64,000 bases of DNA from Clostridiaceae bacterium (GCA_012519745.1 JAAYPO010000044.1:6239-70238), one strand, 5' to 3'. Shown: positions 44,055 through 54,292, numbered from the stretch's first letter. Made by a program: numbers and translations. The notes: a model not told the origin generated them from the sequence alone.

Positions 44055-46646
44055 ATGATTACAGACAGAGACAGACAGCAGTTCATACAGTTGAGAAAGG
44101 AACTTCTCGAAGCAGAGTTTGGCAGGCTGAACCCTCAGCAGAGGCAGGCCGTTTTCCAGATAAACGGACCGCTTCTTGTGCTGGCAGGTGCTGGGTCGGG
44201 CAAGACCTCAGTGCTGGTGAACAGGATAGCATATATGATCAAATACGGAGACGCATACCATTCGGAGAGAGTGCCACAAGGGCTTGCTGAGGCAGATCTG
44301 AAGCTTATGCAGGATGCTGTCGGCTCTGTGATCAAGGCCTCCCGTGAAATCAAGGCAGCCTCGGCAAACAGCGATACCTTGTCAGATGAGGAACGGGACA
44401 GGCTTGTGAATATTATGCGGGACAGGCCTGCTCATCCGGCGTCGATCCTTGCGATAACCTTCACCAATAAAGCTGCAAGAGAGATGAAGGAGAGGCTTGA
44501 GAGGATGCTGGACGGAGCCGTGAACGACATCTGGGTCAGCACGTTCCATGCCTCATGCGTAAGGATACTAAGGAGATATATCGAAAAGCTGGGATACAGC
44601 AGAAGCTTCGTCATATTTGATACATCCGACCAGCAGACGCTCATAAAGGACAGCATAAAGGAGCTGAATCTCAACGAGAAAAACTTCCCTGTGAGGGAGG
44701 TGCTTTCAAAGATAGGCAGGGCAAAGGATGAGCTGAAGGAGCCTGCGGAGTATGCCAAAGAGGCTGGCGCTGATTTCAGGCTCAGCAAGATCGCACGTAT
44801 ATATGAGCTGTATCAGAAAAAGCTCAGAAGCAATAATGCGCTGGACTTCGACGATATTATACTGCTTACCATAAAGCTGTTTTTGGACCACCCTGATGTA
44901 ATGGAATACTACCAGAGAAAATTCAAATACATCCTCGTGGACGAGTACCAGGATACAAACACTGCTCAGTATACGCTGGTCAGCCTGCTGTCAAAGCATT
45001 TCAGGAATTTATGCGTAGTGGGCGACGATGATCAGAGCATCTATGGATGGAGGGGCGCCGACATCAGAAACATCCTTGATTTCGAGAAGGAATTCAATGA
45101 TGCAAAGGTAGTTAAGCTGGAGCAGAATTACCGCTCCACCAAAACCATACTCGATGCCGCCAATCATGTCATAAAGAACAATCAGGGCAGGAAGAGCAAG
45201 AGCCTCTGGACGGAAAATGAAAAGGGAGAGGGGATCCAGTATTTCGAAGCCGGAAACGAGAGGGAGGAGGCGGACTTCATTGCCCGTCAGATCGATAGCC
45301 TGATAGAGGAGGAAGGCAGAAAATACAAGGATTTTGCGCTGCTTTACAGGATAAATGCCCAGTCCCGAGCCATTGAGGAAGCCTTTATGAAGGCCGGCAT
45401 ACCCTACCGTATATTCGGCGGTCTGAAGTTCTATGACAGGAAGGAGATCAAGGATATCATCGCCTATCTGCGTTTGGTACAAAACCCTTCCGATGATGTT
45501 GCTCTAAAGAGGATCATCAACGTACCTCGCAGAGGAATAGGAAACACTACACTTGCTGCCGCGGAAGGTGCAGCTGCAAGCAGGAGCTGCAGCATATTTA
45601 CGATCGTATCCTCGGCCGGTGAGGTGCCGGAGCTCAAACGGGCAGCTTCAAAGCTGACTGAGTTCGCCGACATGATCGGCAGCTTCAGAGCCCTGTCCGA
45701 CAGCATGACCGTACCGGAGCTGATAGACGCTGTGATCGGCAAATCCGGAATACTTGATGAACTGAAGGCCGAGGAGACGGACGAGGCCAGGACACGTATC
45801 GAGAACATAAAGGAGCTTATCTCAGGCGCAATCGAATTTGAGTCTCAAAGCGAGGAGAAGGGTCTGGAGGCATACCTTGCAAATGTCTCTTTGGTGACCG
45901 ACATAGACAATCTGGACGGGGACGATGACCGTGTCGTCCTAATGACACTGCACAGCGCCAAAGGGCTGGAGTTCCCGGTCGTATTCATAGCCGGCTTTGA
46001 GGAGGGAGTATTTCCCGGGATGCGTGCCATGGACAGTGAAGCCGGACTTGAAGAAGAGCGCAGGCTCTGCTATGTAGGCATCACCAGGGCAAGGGAGAGG
46101 CTGTATCTGACAAGCACCTACAGCAGGACGCTTTTTGGAAACACGACATACAACAGATGCTCCAGGTTCATGGAGGAGATCCCGGCAGAGTTGGTACAGG
46201 TCGTTGGTAAAAAGGCAAAGGTTTTTGATGCTTTTGACGGACGTCAGGGCAGGCTGGGAGACGATGCCGGCGGATTTGGGACGCGGGGTGGCTTCGGCGG
46301 TGCCGGGGCGGCCGGTAAAGGCTCGGCAGGTGGCCTCGGCCCAGGAGGTATTGGAGGCATGGGCTTCGGCTCAGGAGGTATGGGAGGCATAGGCTTCGGC
46401 TCAGGCGGAAGAGCATCTTTTTCTGCGGCAACGCCCGGGAGGACAGATGAGGCTTCGACAACAGTCGGCGGTAAAGCTGCCGGGCAGGATTATAAGGTGG
46501 GAGACCAGGTGGTGCATAAGAAATTTGGTGTGGGAAAGATTTCTGCCGTTATACTGGACAAAGGTGATCAGGTCCTTGAGATAGATTTTAGACACAGCGG
46601 AATGAAGCGCCTGATGGCAGCCTTCGCAAATCTGGTCAAGCTATGA
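44055..46646 (+). CDS. pcrA: ATP-dependent DNA helicase PcrA (UvrD family) with a Gly-rich low-complexity insert before the C-terminal Tudor-like domain
   Basis: ATG 44055 (MITDRDRQQF..LNPQQRQAV....GPLLVLAGAGSGKTSVL). Motifs include ..TFHASCVRILR.., ..ILVDEYQDTN.., ..VGDDDQSIYGWRGA.. and ..LMTLHSAKGLEFPVVF... Confidence 0.93.
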   Translation: MITDRDRQQFIQLRKELLEAEFGRLNPQQRQAVFQINGPLLVLAGAGSGKTSVLVNRIAYMIKYGDAYHSERVPQGLAEADLKLMQDAVGSVIKASREIKAASANSDTLSDEERDRLVNIMRDRPAHPASILAITFTNKAAREMKERLERMLDGAVNDIWVSTFHASCVRILRRYIEKLGYSRSFVIFDTSDQQTLIKDSIKELNLNEKNFPVREVLSKIGRAKDELKEPAEYAKEAGADFRLSKIARIYELYQKKLRSNNALDFDDIILLTIKLFLDHPDVMEYYQRKFKYILVDEYQDTNTAQYTLVSLLSKHFRNLCVVGDDDQSIYGWRGADIRNILDFEKEFNDAKVVKLEQNYRSTKTILDAANHVIKNNQGRKSKSLWTENEKGEGIQYFEAGNEREEADFIARQIDSLIEEEGRKYKDFALLYRINAQSRAIEEAFMKAGIPYRIFGGLKFYDRKEIKDIIAYLRLVQNPSDDVALKRIINVPRRGIGNTTLAAAEGAAASRSCSIFTIVSSAGEVPELKRAASKLTEFADMIGSFRALSDSMTVPELIDAVIGKSGILDELKAEETDEARTRIENIKELISGAIEFESQSEEKGLEAYLANVSLVTDIDNLDGDDDRVVLMTLHSAKGLEFPVVFIAGFEEGVFPGMRAMDSEAGLEEERRLCYVGITRARERLYLTSTYSRTLFGNTTYNRCSRFMEEIPAELVQVVGKKAKVFDAFDGRQGRLGDDAGGFGTRGGFGGAGAAGKGSAGGLGPGGIGGMGFGSGGMGGIGFGSGGRASFSAATPGRTDEASTTVGGKAAGQDYKVGDQVVHKKFGVGKISAVILDKGDQVLEIDFRHSGMKRLMAAFANLVKL

Positions 46647-46838
46647 TGACCATGACAGCAGGCAAAGCCGTGATGGTAAGCTGACTGAAAAAATGAATAA
46701 AGTGACTCCGCAATAATGCTTGGTATATCGTGCAGATAATATGCAAATAATACTGTGGCAGTATGGATATGAAGTGATGCTTCCTGTATAGTCTGTCAGC
46801 GGCATCCTTTGATCCGATCATTATTTCGGAGGCATGAA

Positions 46839-47030
46839 ATGGATATCTATGATTATAATGAGGACAATCTTTCGACCATAGCCCGTTCCTGCAGCTATCT
46901 GAACGCCAGAAATGCACCAGGGCGCAGTCACTCAGGCGATCTGTCCTGCAGTGACTGTATCCATTGGAACGGAAGCGGCTGTTCAAGGAACCATCTGGAA
47001 AGCATCGTATCGGAACTGCACCTTGACTGA
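46839..47030 (+). CDS. Hypothetical small Cys-containing protein (63 aa)
   Basis: GGAGG lies 6 nt before ATG 46839. The sequence reads ..CSYLNARNAPGRSHSGDLSCSDCIHWNGSGCSRNH... I recognise no family, and coding status is uncertain. Confidence 0.35.
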   Translation: MDIYDYNEDNLSTIARSCSYLNARNAPGRSHSGDLSCSDCIHWNGSGCSRNHLESIVSELHLD

Positions 47031-47111
47031 GAAAGCTCCGGCAGAGTGCGGACTGATAAAATGCCGGAGACCATTTTCCTCAGATGAGCTGCAATACATC
47101 TCGCTGGAATG

Positions 47112-47972
47112 TCACAGCCATGTAAAGAAGTTGCCGAGTCTGTCCACCTCGCCGGGAAGCGCATCAGTGACAGCCAGCCTGTCGATATCTGTCAAGCCAA
47201 AATAATCCATGATTTTGCCGTTGATGGCATGATTTATATTCAAACCAAGCAGTTTCTCGTAGTATTCTGTGCTGAGTACATCTGCTACATACATGAGCTT
47301 TACTTCATCGGAGTCTGATTTTGCTATGAATGGGGTGTGATGAAATTCGACGATATCGATTATATCATCGCGGATGTTCCATTTTCTGCACAACCAGGCG
47401 CCTATTTCCGCATGAGTGAAACCACCCAAAACAGAGCGCTCTGCAACTAATTGATGCATACCCTTCAGCAATTTCTCAAAGATCTCATCAACCAAATCGG
47501 GTACGCATATATCAAGCAAGGGTATCCCTATATCGTGGATCAGTCCATATGTGAAAAGCTTGTGTTTATCCAGCTTTTTTATTCGCAGGGATAGAATGTA
47601 GCCCGCCGCAGAGGTGCCCAGGACATGTCTCCAATAATGGGCCATCTTGAATTTTCTTTTTTTATTGGTGGTGGTGATCTCAGAAAACAGCTGCTTCGAA
47701 AGAAAAAACACCAGGAGGTTTTGCACTGCATCGATCCCCAGGTATATCACTGCGTCCTTTATAGTAGCCATCCCCCTATTGAATTGCTTGGCACTATACA
47801 CTCCCAATATCAGCTCGCTCAGCTGGTCATATCGGGTGACTTCCTGCACCAATCCATCGATATGCAGTCCTTCCGGATTTTTCAATATGTCGAAAATTCG
47901 GCTTACATCCTGCGTAAGCTTTGGAAAATTTTCCGAATTCTCTAAAAGCTCGAAAATTTTCTCGTTTTTCAT
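47112..47972 (-). CDS. HDOD-domain signalling protein
   Basis: 286 aa with AAGAGGA RBS. The sequence reads ..FPKL...V..I..IL.NP......L...V..D..LS..IL.. and ..HYWRH.LGTSAAG.., ..LFTYGLIHDIG., ..HAEIGAWL...W. Confidence 0.8.
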   Translation of the reverse strand: MKNEKIFELLENSENFPKLTQDVSRIFDILKNPEGLHIDGLVQEVTRYDQLSELILGVYSAKQFNRGMATIKDAVIYLGIDAVQNLLVFFLSKQLFSEITTTNKKRKFKMAHYWRHVLGTSAAGYILSLRIKKLDKHKLFTYGLIHDIGIPLLDICVPDLVDEIFEKLLKGMHQLVAERSVLGGFTHAEIGAWLCRKWNIRDDIIDIVEFHHTPFIAKSDSDEVKLMYVADVLSTEYYEKLLGLNINHAINGKIMDYFGLTDIDRLAVTDALPGEVDRLGNFFTWL

Positions 47973-48252
47973 CCAGCATTCCTCTTAAATCCATTGATCA
48001 ATTACATTATATACTGTAAAAAAGCGGATATCAAATAATATGAGCCGGCGGAATGCAACATCGGGAAGACTTGCATGAATACAATAATGAGAAGACTAGA
48101 GGGGATACAATAGTGTTGATGCTAATTAGCTGTCGAAAATGAATATTATGCTGGGATGTGATATGGTATTCTGCTATAATGTGTATATGCGAAAGACGCA
48201 ATTTACAAGGTTTAGGGGGATTTGGGCGATCAACATTTGCTCAATACATAAA

Positions 48253-49431
48253 ATGATAAAAAGGATCTCAGCTTTAATATTGATCATATCAATGGTGGTA
48301 ATCGTATCGGCTTGTGCAGGGAATAGAGATATCGGTCAGGATAACGTGAAACCTGAATGGGAACCAACAGGTCAAACCGATATGACCGGTGGGGAAATGA
48401 CCGGTGAGGATAATGCGGAACCTGAAGGGGAGCCTACAGGTCACACCAGTATGAGCGGTGGGGAAATGACCGATGAGGATAATGTAGAACTCGAAGGGGA
48501 ACCAACTGGTCAAACCGATATGATCGGCGAAGAAATTGCCGATGAGGATAATGCTCTAATCGATGATCATACGGCAAAGAACGAAGAAGATAGCGAAACA
48601 GCAGCAGAGCCGGTAACGCCAGAGGACGGAGCAGAGCCGGTAACGCCAGAGGACGGAGCAGAGCCGGTAACACCAGAGAACGGAGCAGAGCCGGTAACGC
48701 CAGAGGACAGAGCAGAGCCGGTAACACCAGAGGACAGAGCAGAGCCGGTATTGGAGCCGGAAGGTGCTGAGGAAAATGAGGCTGAAAGCAGAGCCCTGGA
48801 AGGCCGGATAATCTGTATAGACCCCGGCCACCAGACACGCGGCAATTATGATACCGAACCGGTAGCTCCGGGCTCTGATGAAATGAAGGCAAAGGTCTCA
48901 AGCGGCACGGCAGGGGTTAAAACGAAGGTGCCCGAGTATAAGCTCGTTCTGGAGGTGGCGCTGGGGCTCAGGGATGCTCTCGAAAAACACGGTGCCACAG
49001 TCATAATGACCAGGACAGAAAACAATGTTGACATAAGTAATGCACAAAGAGCGACTATGGCAAATGACGCAGATGCCGACTTGTATTTTCGCATACATGC
49101 GGATGGTTCTACAGACAAATCTGTACATGGAGCATCGGTCCTCATACCCGGAAACGGGTATATCACCGATGAATATGTTCTAAAAGAAAGTGAGAGAGCC
49201 GGAAGGTGCATTCTGGACAGCTTTGTGAAGGCTACGGGAGCTAAGCGGAGAGGCTTGGTGAAACGTAACGACCTGAGCGGCTTCAACTGGTGCAGTGTAC
49301 CTATGGCCTTGATAGAAATCGGTTTCATGTCAAATGCCGAAGAAGATGTGAAGTTAAATACAACAGAGTACCAGGATAAAATGATCAAGGGCATGGCCAA
49401 CGGAATAGTTGAGTATTTCACGAGCAATTGA
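48253..49431 (+). CDS. N-acetylmuramoyl-L-alanine amidase (Amidase_3) lipoprotein with an acidic repeat region
   Basis: ATG 48253 gives the lipoprotein signal MIKRISALILIISMVVIVSAC. The catalytic domain reads ..ICIDPGHQ.., ..YFRIHADGS.. and ..ALIEIGFMSN..ED. Confidence 0.85.
   Translation: MIKRISALILIISMVVIVSACAGNRDIGQDNVKPEWEPTGQTDMTGGEMTGEDNAEPEGEPTGHTSMSGGEMTDEDNVELEGEPTGQTDMIGEEIADEDNALIDDHTAKNEEDSETAAEPVTPEDGAEPVTPEDGAEPVTPENGAEPVTPEDRAEPVTPEDRAEPVLEPEGAEENEAESRALEGRIICIDPGHQTRGNYDTEPVAPGSDEMKAKVSSGTAGVKTKVPEYKLVLEVALGLRDALEKHGATVIMTRTENNVDISNAQRATMANDADADLYFRIHADGSTDKSVHGASVLIPGNGYITDEYVLKESERAGRCILDSFVKATGAKRRGLVKRNDLSGFNWCSVPMALIEIGFMSNAEEDVKLNTTEYQDKMIKGMANGIVEYFTSN
48340..48546 (+). 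repeat. 69-nt in-frame tandem repeat, 3 copies
   Basis: It encodes DNVKPEWEPTGQTDMTGGEMTGE / DNAEPEGEPTGHTSMSGGEMTDE / DNVELEGEPTGQTDMIGEEIADE. Confidence 0.8.
48604..48738 (+). repeat. 27-nt in-frame tandem repeat, 5 copies (AEPVTPEDG)
   Basis: gcagagccggtaac(g/a)ccagag(g/a)ac(g/a)ga x5. Confidence 0.85.
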
Positions 49432-49447
49432 TACGAAAAAATGAAAC

Positions 49448-49710
49448 TGGATGAATTTGCAATTAAGGGGAGTATTACCTATTTTAAGTGGATGAAATTT
49501 CAATTAAGGGCAGAGAGCAGGCTGCTTCAAGAGTACATAATGCAGGATATTGCGAGTTATGTATAACTGATTATGGTTAGAACTCTATAAAATCATTGGT
49601 GGCCTTACCCTTAGCTGCAAATTCATCCACTAGGATTCTCTGACCCAGCCCTTAATTGCAAATTCATCCACTAGGATTCCTGATCCTGCCCTTAGCTGCA
49701 AATTCATCCA
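49448..49710. repeat. Mosaic intergenic repeat island D
   Basis: There are two inverted 41-nt-spaced units (..ggatgaatttgcaattaagggg at 49449-70 and ..ggatgaaatttcaattaagggc at 49490-511). A central ACATAA...TTATGT hairpin lies at 49535-62. Three direct units cccttagctgcaaattcatccactaggattc start at 49608, 49649 and 49689 (period 41/40). Confidence 0.8.
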
Positions 49711-49803
49711 TTTGTGTGAAGGAGTTCTGCCCCAAATACAAGGGAGTAATTTTATAGTGAAATGAGCCTGTCCATAACGACGAAAAATTATTGTATTTTT
49801 CAT

Positions 49804-49832
49804 TTGACAAAAAAAGGTCTATGCAATATAAT
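49804..49832 (+). promoter_or_regulatory. Consensus sigma-A promoter of the his operon
   Basis: TTGACA (49804-09), 17-nt spacer, TATAAT (49827-32). Confidence 0.7.
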
Positions 49833-49921
49833 AGTTTCAATTCATCTATTTATCTGTTTAGCGTAATAAAGTGATGAAGTGAAATGGGTCCATAAAAACA
49901 ATAGCAAGAGAGGTGCCAAAA

Positions 49922-51178
49922 TTGTCTAAATGGAATATCTATACGCCGGACGGAGTCCAGGATATCCTGTGTGAGGACTGTTTTACGAAAAAGGAAATGG
50001 AGCACAAGCTGAGGATCCTTTTTCGGAGCTATGGCTTTAGTGAGCTTGAAACGCCAGCTATAGAATTTTATGACGTGTTTGCATCTGAAGGCAGTGCGAT
50101 GCTGCAGGAGAACATGTTCAAGTTCTTTGACCAGCAGGGAAGGATACTGGTCCTGAGACCTGACATAACCGTCCCCGTGGCCAGGATAACCGCAACGAAA
50201 TTCAGGGATCGGGCATATCCGCTGAGGTTTTCATATATAGGGAACGTCTATCGCTACAACGATTTCGGCGGCGGAAAGCAAAATGAGTTCACCCAGGCAG
50301 GTATTGAAGTGCTGGGTGTCAACACTCCGGAATCAGATGCCGAGGTCATCGCCATTGCGATACAGTCACTTAAGGCTTGCGGACCGGAGAGTTTCCAGAT
50401 CGATATCGGGCAGGTGGAGTTCTTTAACGGTCTGATGGAGGAGACGGGGCTGTCTGAGGAGGATATATCCAAGGTCAGGATGCTGATAGACCGAAAGGAT
50501 CTGGTGGGACTGGAAGAGTTCCTTAAAAGGAGCGAGATCAGAGAGGATCTGAAAGAGCTGATCTCAGGCCTGCCGGGATTCTTTGGTTCCTCCGATGTGC
50601 TGGATAAGGCGCGGGCCTTTGAGCTGAACAAAAGGTCCAGGGACGCTCTGGAGAACATCAGCCAGGTACTCTGCATTCTCGAGGATTATGGCCTTGGCCA
50701 GTATATTTCCGTCGACCTGGGAATGCTCAGGGGTCTTGCATATGACACAGGCATCATCTTCCGAGGCTTCACATATGGGGTGGGCTTCCCCGTGCTGACC
50801 GGAGGCCGGTATGACAAGCTGGTGGGTGAATTCGGGGCAGAATGTCCGGCTACCGGCTTCTCGCTGGGTGTGAACATGGTGCTGATGGCTCTGCAAAGAC
50901 AGAAGGTCGAGCTGGGAAAGCCCGGTACGGATACCTTTGTCTGCTATGCCGAAAGTGGCAGGAGGGCTGCGTTTGAATTGTGCAGCGTACTGAGAAAGCA
51001 GGGACTGGCGGTGGAGCTTGACATATCCAACAGAACGGCAGATGAGGCAGCGGCATATGCGGCGGAGAAAAAAATCGGCGGTGTTATCAGGATACTGGAT
51101 GAGGACAATGTGGAAATACACTATATCCAGTCGGGAGAGACCACCAGTGTTAAAATCAGCGAATTAGTGAAGAGGTGA
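49922..51178 (+). CDS. hisZ: ATP phosphoribosyltransferase regulatory subunit HisZ
   Basis: HisRS-like paralogue lacking an anticodon domain. It sits directly upstream of short-form hisG. TTG 49922 has GAGAGGTG 6 nt upstream. The track start is GTG 49913. Confidence 0.88.
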   Translation: MSKWNIYTPDGVQDILCEDCFTKKEMEHKLRILFRSYGFSELETPAIEFYDVFASEGSAMLQENMFKFFDQQGRILVLRPDITVPVARITATKFRDRAYPLRFSYIGNVYRYNDFGGGKQNEFTQAGIEVLGVNTPESDAEVIAIAIQSLKACGPESFQIDIGQVEFFNGLMEETGLSEEDISKVRMLIDRKDLVGLEEFLKRSEIREDLKELISGLPGFFGSSDVLDKARAFELNKRSRDALENISQVLCILEDYGLGQYISVDLGMLRGLAYDTGIIFRGFTYGVGFPVLTGGRYDKLVGEFGAECPATGFSLGVNMVLMALQRQKVELGKPGTDTFVCYAESGRRAAFELCSVLRKQGLAVELDISNRTADEAAAYAAEKKIGGVIRILDEDNVEIHYIQSGETTSVKISELVKR

Positions 51179-51182
51179 TATC

Positions 51183-51815
51183 ATGAGGTATCTTACTATA
51201 GCATTATCAAAGGGAAGATTGGCTGATCTGTCCATAGAGCTGCTGGAGAAGCTTGGCATAGACTGCTCCGAATACAGGAACGCATCCAGAAAGCTCATAT
51301 TCACAGATGAGACAAACAAAATCAAGTTTTTCCTTGTGAAGCCTGCTGATGTGCCTACTTATGTGGAGTATGGCGCTGCAGACATGGGTGTTGTGGGAAA
51401 GGATACGCTGCTGGAGGAGGGCAGACACCTTTATGAGGTGCTGAATCTGGGCTTTGCTGCCTGCCGTATGGTAGTGGCAGGCCCAGCCGAGCTGGCGGGA
51501 AGGATGGACAGCCTCAACAATAAAAGAGTTGCTACCAAGTATCCCCGAATAGCAAGGGAGTACTTCGAACACAACAGGAGAGAATCCATCGAGGTCATAA
51601 AGCTCAACGGTTCTGTAGAGCTGGCACCCCTGGTCGGTCTTTCGGAAGTGATAGTGGATATCGTGGAAAGCGGAAGGACTCTTAAGGAAAACGGGCTTGT
51701 GGTACTTGATACGATAGCGGATATAAGTGCAAGGGTGGTTGTAAACAGGGTGAGCATGAAAATGGAAAGCGAAAGGATAAACAAATTGATCGATGGACTC
51801 AGGAAGCTGCTTTAG
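51183..51815 (+). CDS. hisG: ATP phosphoribosyltransferase, short form
   Basis: 210 aa. [13 protein letters not shown]........L...G.. and ..VATKYP.IA..YF... are typical HisG(S) motifs. Confidence 0.93.
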   Translation: MRYLTIALSKGRLADLSIELLEKLGIDCSEYRNASRKLIFTDETNKIKFFLVKPADVPTYVEYGAADMGVVGKDTLLEEGRHLYEVLNLGFAACRMVVAGPAELAGRMDSLNNKRVATKYPRIAREYFEHNRRESIEVIKLNGSVELAPLVGLSEVIVDIVESGRTLKENGLVVLDTIADISARVVVNRVSMKMESERINKLIDGLRKLL

Positions 51816-51879
51816 AGCGCGTTGCAGGGCAATAGTGCAACGTTTGCTGCATCAATATAGAGACAGGGTGGTGTTTTGA

Positions 51880-53175
51880 TTGATAAAGATCATCGATATG
51901 AGACAGGGAAAGGACACAGGACTGTTTGAAAAGCTCGTTGAAAGGGACAGGGTCGGAAAACAGGATGTGATCGACGTTGTCGGCGAGATACTTGGAAATG
52001 TCAGAAAACACGGCAACAAAGCTGTTTTGGAGTATACCGGCAAATTTGACGGAGCGGTGCTCACCGCCGAGTCGCTGAAGGTTTCTCGCAAAGAAATGGA
52101 AGAAGCCTATGAGAAGGTCGATAAGAAGCTGCTTGACATTATCAGAAAAGCGAAGGCAAACATAACCACATTCCATGAGAAACAGAAGGAAAACTCCTGG
52201 TTCACGACCGGTGAGGACGGCATATTGCTCGGACAGGTATTAAGACCCCTTGAGATAGTCGGTATTTATGTTCCCGGCGGGACAGCCGTATTGACATCGT
52301 CTGTGCTGATGAATGCTCTGCCGGCCAAGGTTGCCGGAGTTGAGCGGATAGTGATGGCAACGCCTCCCGCAAAGGACGGCAGTATAGATCCGGCTGTGCT
52401 GGTCGCAGCAAATGAATCAGGGGTCACGGAGATTTACAAAATAGGGGGTGCTCAGGCTGTAGCTGCCATGGTGTTCGGCACTGAAAGCGTGCCCAGGGTC
52501 GACAAGGTATTCGGACCCGGCAATATTTATGTGGCTACTGCAAAAAGACTTGCATATGGGTACTGTGATATAGACATGTTCGCCGGACCAAGCGAGATAA
52601 CCATAGTGGCTGATGATACTGCAGACCCTGTGTTCGTCGCAGCGGATCTGCTCTCACAGGCAGAGCATGACGTTCTTTCAGCATCCATACTTGTGACTCC
52701 CTCAGTCAAGCTGGCGGAAATGGTCATAGAGGAATTGTCCGTTCAATATGAGGGGCTGTCAAGGAAGGATATCCTGGACAAATCCCTTTCCGAATACTGT
52801 GCGGCAGTGATAGTGAACGATCTTGATCAGGCTATGGACGTGGTGAACCGCATAGCGCCTGAACATCTGGAGCTGTGCATAGAGGATCCATTTGGCAGAC
52901 TGGGGTATGTGAAAAACGCCGGGGCCATATTCCTGGGGAACTGGTCGCCCGAACCTCTGGGAGATTACTATGCAGGCCCGAACCATGTGCTCCCTACAGG
53001 AGGAACAGCAAGGTTTTTCTCACCGCTGAATGTAGCCGATTTTGTGAAGAAGTCCAGCGTGATCTCCTACACGAAGCAGGCTTTGGAGAAAGCCGGCGAT
53101 GCGGTCATTGGATTTGCTGAATATGAGAAGCTGGACGGCCATGCAAATGCTGTAAAGGTACGGTTTAAGAAATAG
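51880..53175 (+). CDS. hisD: Histidinol dehydrogenase
   Basis: 431 aa, TTG start after cagggtggtg. The sequence has ..IGGAQA(V/I)AA...GTE.(V/I)P.VDK(V/I).GPGN.YV..AK.. and ..SQAEHD... Confidence 0.93.
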   Translation: MIKIIDMRQGKDTGLFEKLVERDRVGKQDVIDVVGEILGNVRKHGNKAVLEYTGKFDGAVLTAESLKVSRKEMEEAYEKVDKKLLDIIRKAKANITTFHEKQKENSWFTTGEDGILLGQVLRPLEIVGIYVPGGTAVLTSSVLMNALPAKVAGVERIVMATPPAKDGSIDPAVLVAANESGVTEIYKIGGAQAVAAMVFGTESVPRVDKVFGPGNIYVATAKRLAYGYCDIDMFAGPSEITIVADDTADPVFVAADLLSQAEHDVLSASILVTPSVKLAEMVIEELSVQYEGLSRKDILDKSLSEYCAAVIVNDLDQAMDVVNRIAPEHLELCIEDPFGRLGYVKNAGAIFLGNWSPEPLGDYYAGPNHVLPTGGTARFFSPLNVADFVKKSSVISYTKQALEKAGDAVIGFAEYEKLDGHANAVKVRFKK

Positions 53176-53227
53176 GGGGCAAAATTTGAGCACGACTCAA
53201 AAAATGCTCAATGAAGGAGTCTATAAT

Positions 53228-54292
53228 ATGAAAAAATACTGGAGCAGGCTGGCTGCAGGGCTGGTGCCCTATGTGCCCGGAGAGCAGCCGAAGGATAAAA
53301 AATATATCAAGCTGAATACCAACGAGAACCCATATGGGCCATCGCCAAAGGTGCTCGAAGCTGTGAGACAGGCAACCGACGATATGCTGAGGCTTTACCC
53401 CGATCCGTCCTGCAGTGCCCTTATCGATGCGGCTGCGGAAAGCTATGGGGTCGGACGAGACCAGATATTTGCCGGAAACGGGTCAGACGAGGTGCTGGCA
53501 TTTGCCTTCATGGCCTTTTTCGATCCGGGCAGGAGGATCATCTTTCCTAATATCACATACTCCTTTTATCCCGTCTACGCTTTACTGTTCAATCTCGACT
53601 ATGTCACAACACCGCTGGACAGCGAATTCAATATACCCACTGAAGGATTGATGAAAGGCAGCGGCGGGATAGTGCTTGCAAATCCTAATGCGCCTACAGG
53701 CAAAGCAATGCCGCTGTCTGCTATACGAGGCATACTGGATGCCAGTCCTGATAAGGTCGTTATAGTGGATGAAGCTTATATCGATTACGGAGGAGAGTCG
53801 GCCATCGGACTTATCAATAAATATCCGAACCTGCTGGTGATCCATACATTTTCAAAATCAAGAGCGCTGGCAGGCATGAGGATAGGCCTTGCCTTCGGTG
53901 ACAGCGGGCTCATACAGGCCCTGGAAAACGTCAAGAATTCCTTCAATTCATACACGCTGGACAGGCTGGCCATTGCCGCGGGAATTGCTGCTCTGCAGGA
54001 CCCGGAGTACTACAGGGGCACACTGCAAAGGGTGCTGGCCACTCGTGAGAAATTTGTCAACGACTTGAGGGAAAGAGATTTTTATGTCACTGATTCATCA
54101 GCGAATTTCGTTTTTGTCAGCCACAAAACCATAAGAGCCGAGGAGCTATTCAAAAGGCTGCGGCAGGCAGGCATACTTGTCCGGTATTTTAGGGATCCGC
54201 TGATAGACAACTATCTGAGGATCAGTATCGGGAAGGATGAGGAAATGAAGGCCCTTGTTGAGGAAATCGACCGGATACGGGGTCGGGCTTGA
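53228..54292 (+). CDS. hisC: Histidinol-phosphate aminotransferase
   Basis: ATG 53228, with AAGGAG 8 nt upstream. The sequence has ..KLNTNENPYGPSP.. and the PLP lysine context ..TFSKSRALAGMRIG... Confidence 0.92.
   Translation: MKKYWSRLAAGLVPYVPGEQPKDKKYIKLNTNENPYGPSPKVLEAVRQATDDMLRLYPDPSCSALIDAAAESYGVGRDQIFAGNGSDEVLAFAFMAFFDPGRRIIFPNITYSFYPVYALLFNLDYVTTPLDSEFNIPTEGLMKGSGGIVLANPNAPTGKAMPLSAIRGILDASPDKVVIVDEAYIDYGGESAIGLINKYPNLLVIHTFSKSRALAGMRIGLAFGDSGLIQALENVKNSFNSYTLDRLAIAAGIAALQDPEYYRGTLQRVLATREKFVNDLRERDFYVTDSSANFVFVSHKTIRAEELFKRLRQAGILVRYFRDPLIDNYLRISIGKDEEMKALVEEIDRIRGRA

Noticed and set aside
49608-49710. Three regularly spaced 31-nt repeats that look superficially like a CRISPR array.
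   Set aside because: The spacers are only ~10 nt. Inverted copies of the same repeat lie 100 nt upstream. No cas genes are present. The unit belongs to the dispersed 41-nt repeat family. I treat this as a tandem or mosaic repeat, not CRISPR.
49833-49921. A possible His T-box or attenuator leader upstream of hisZ.
   Set aside because: The leader is only ~85 nt. It has no His-codon-rich leader peptide, no specifier/T-box motif and no terminator hairpin.
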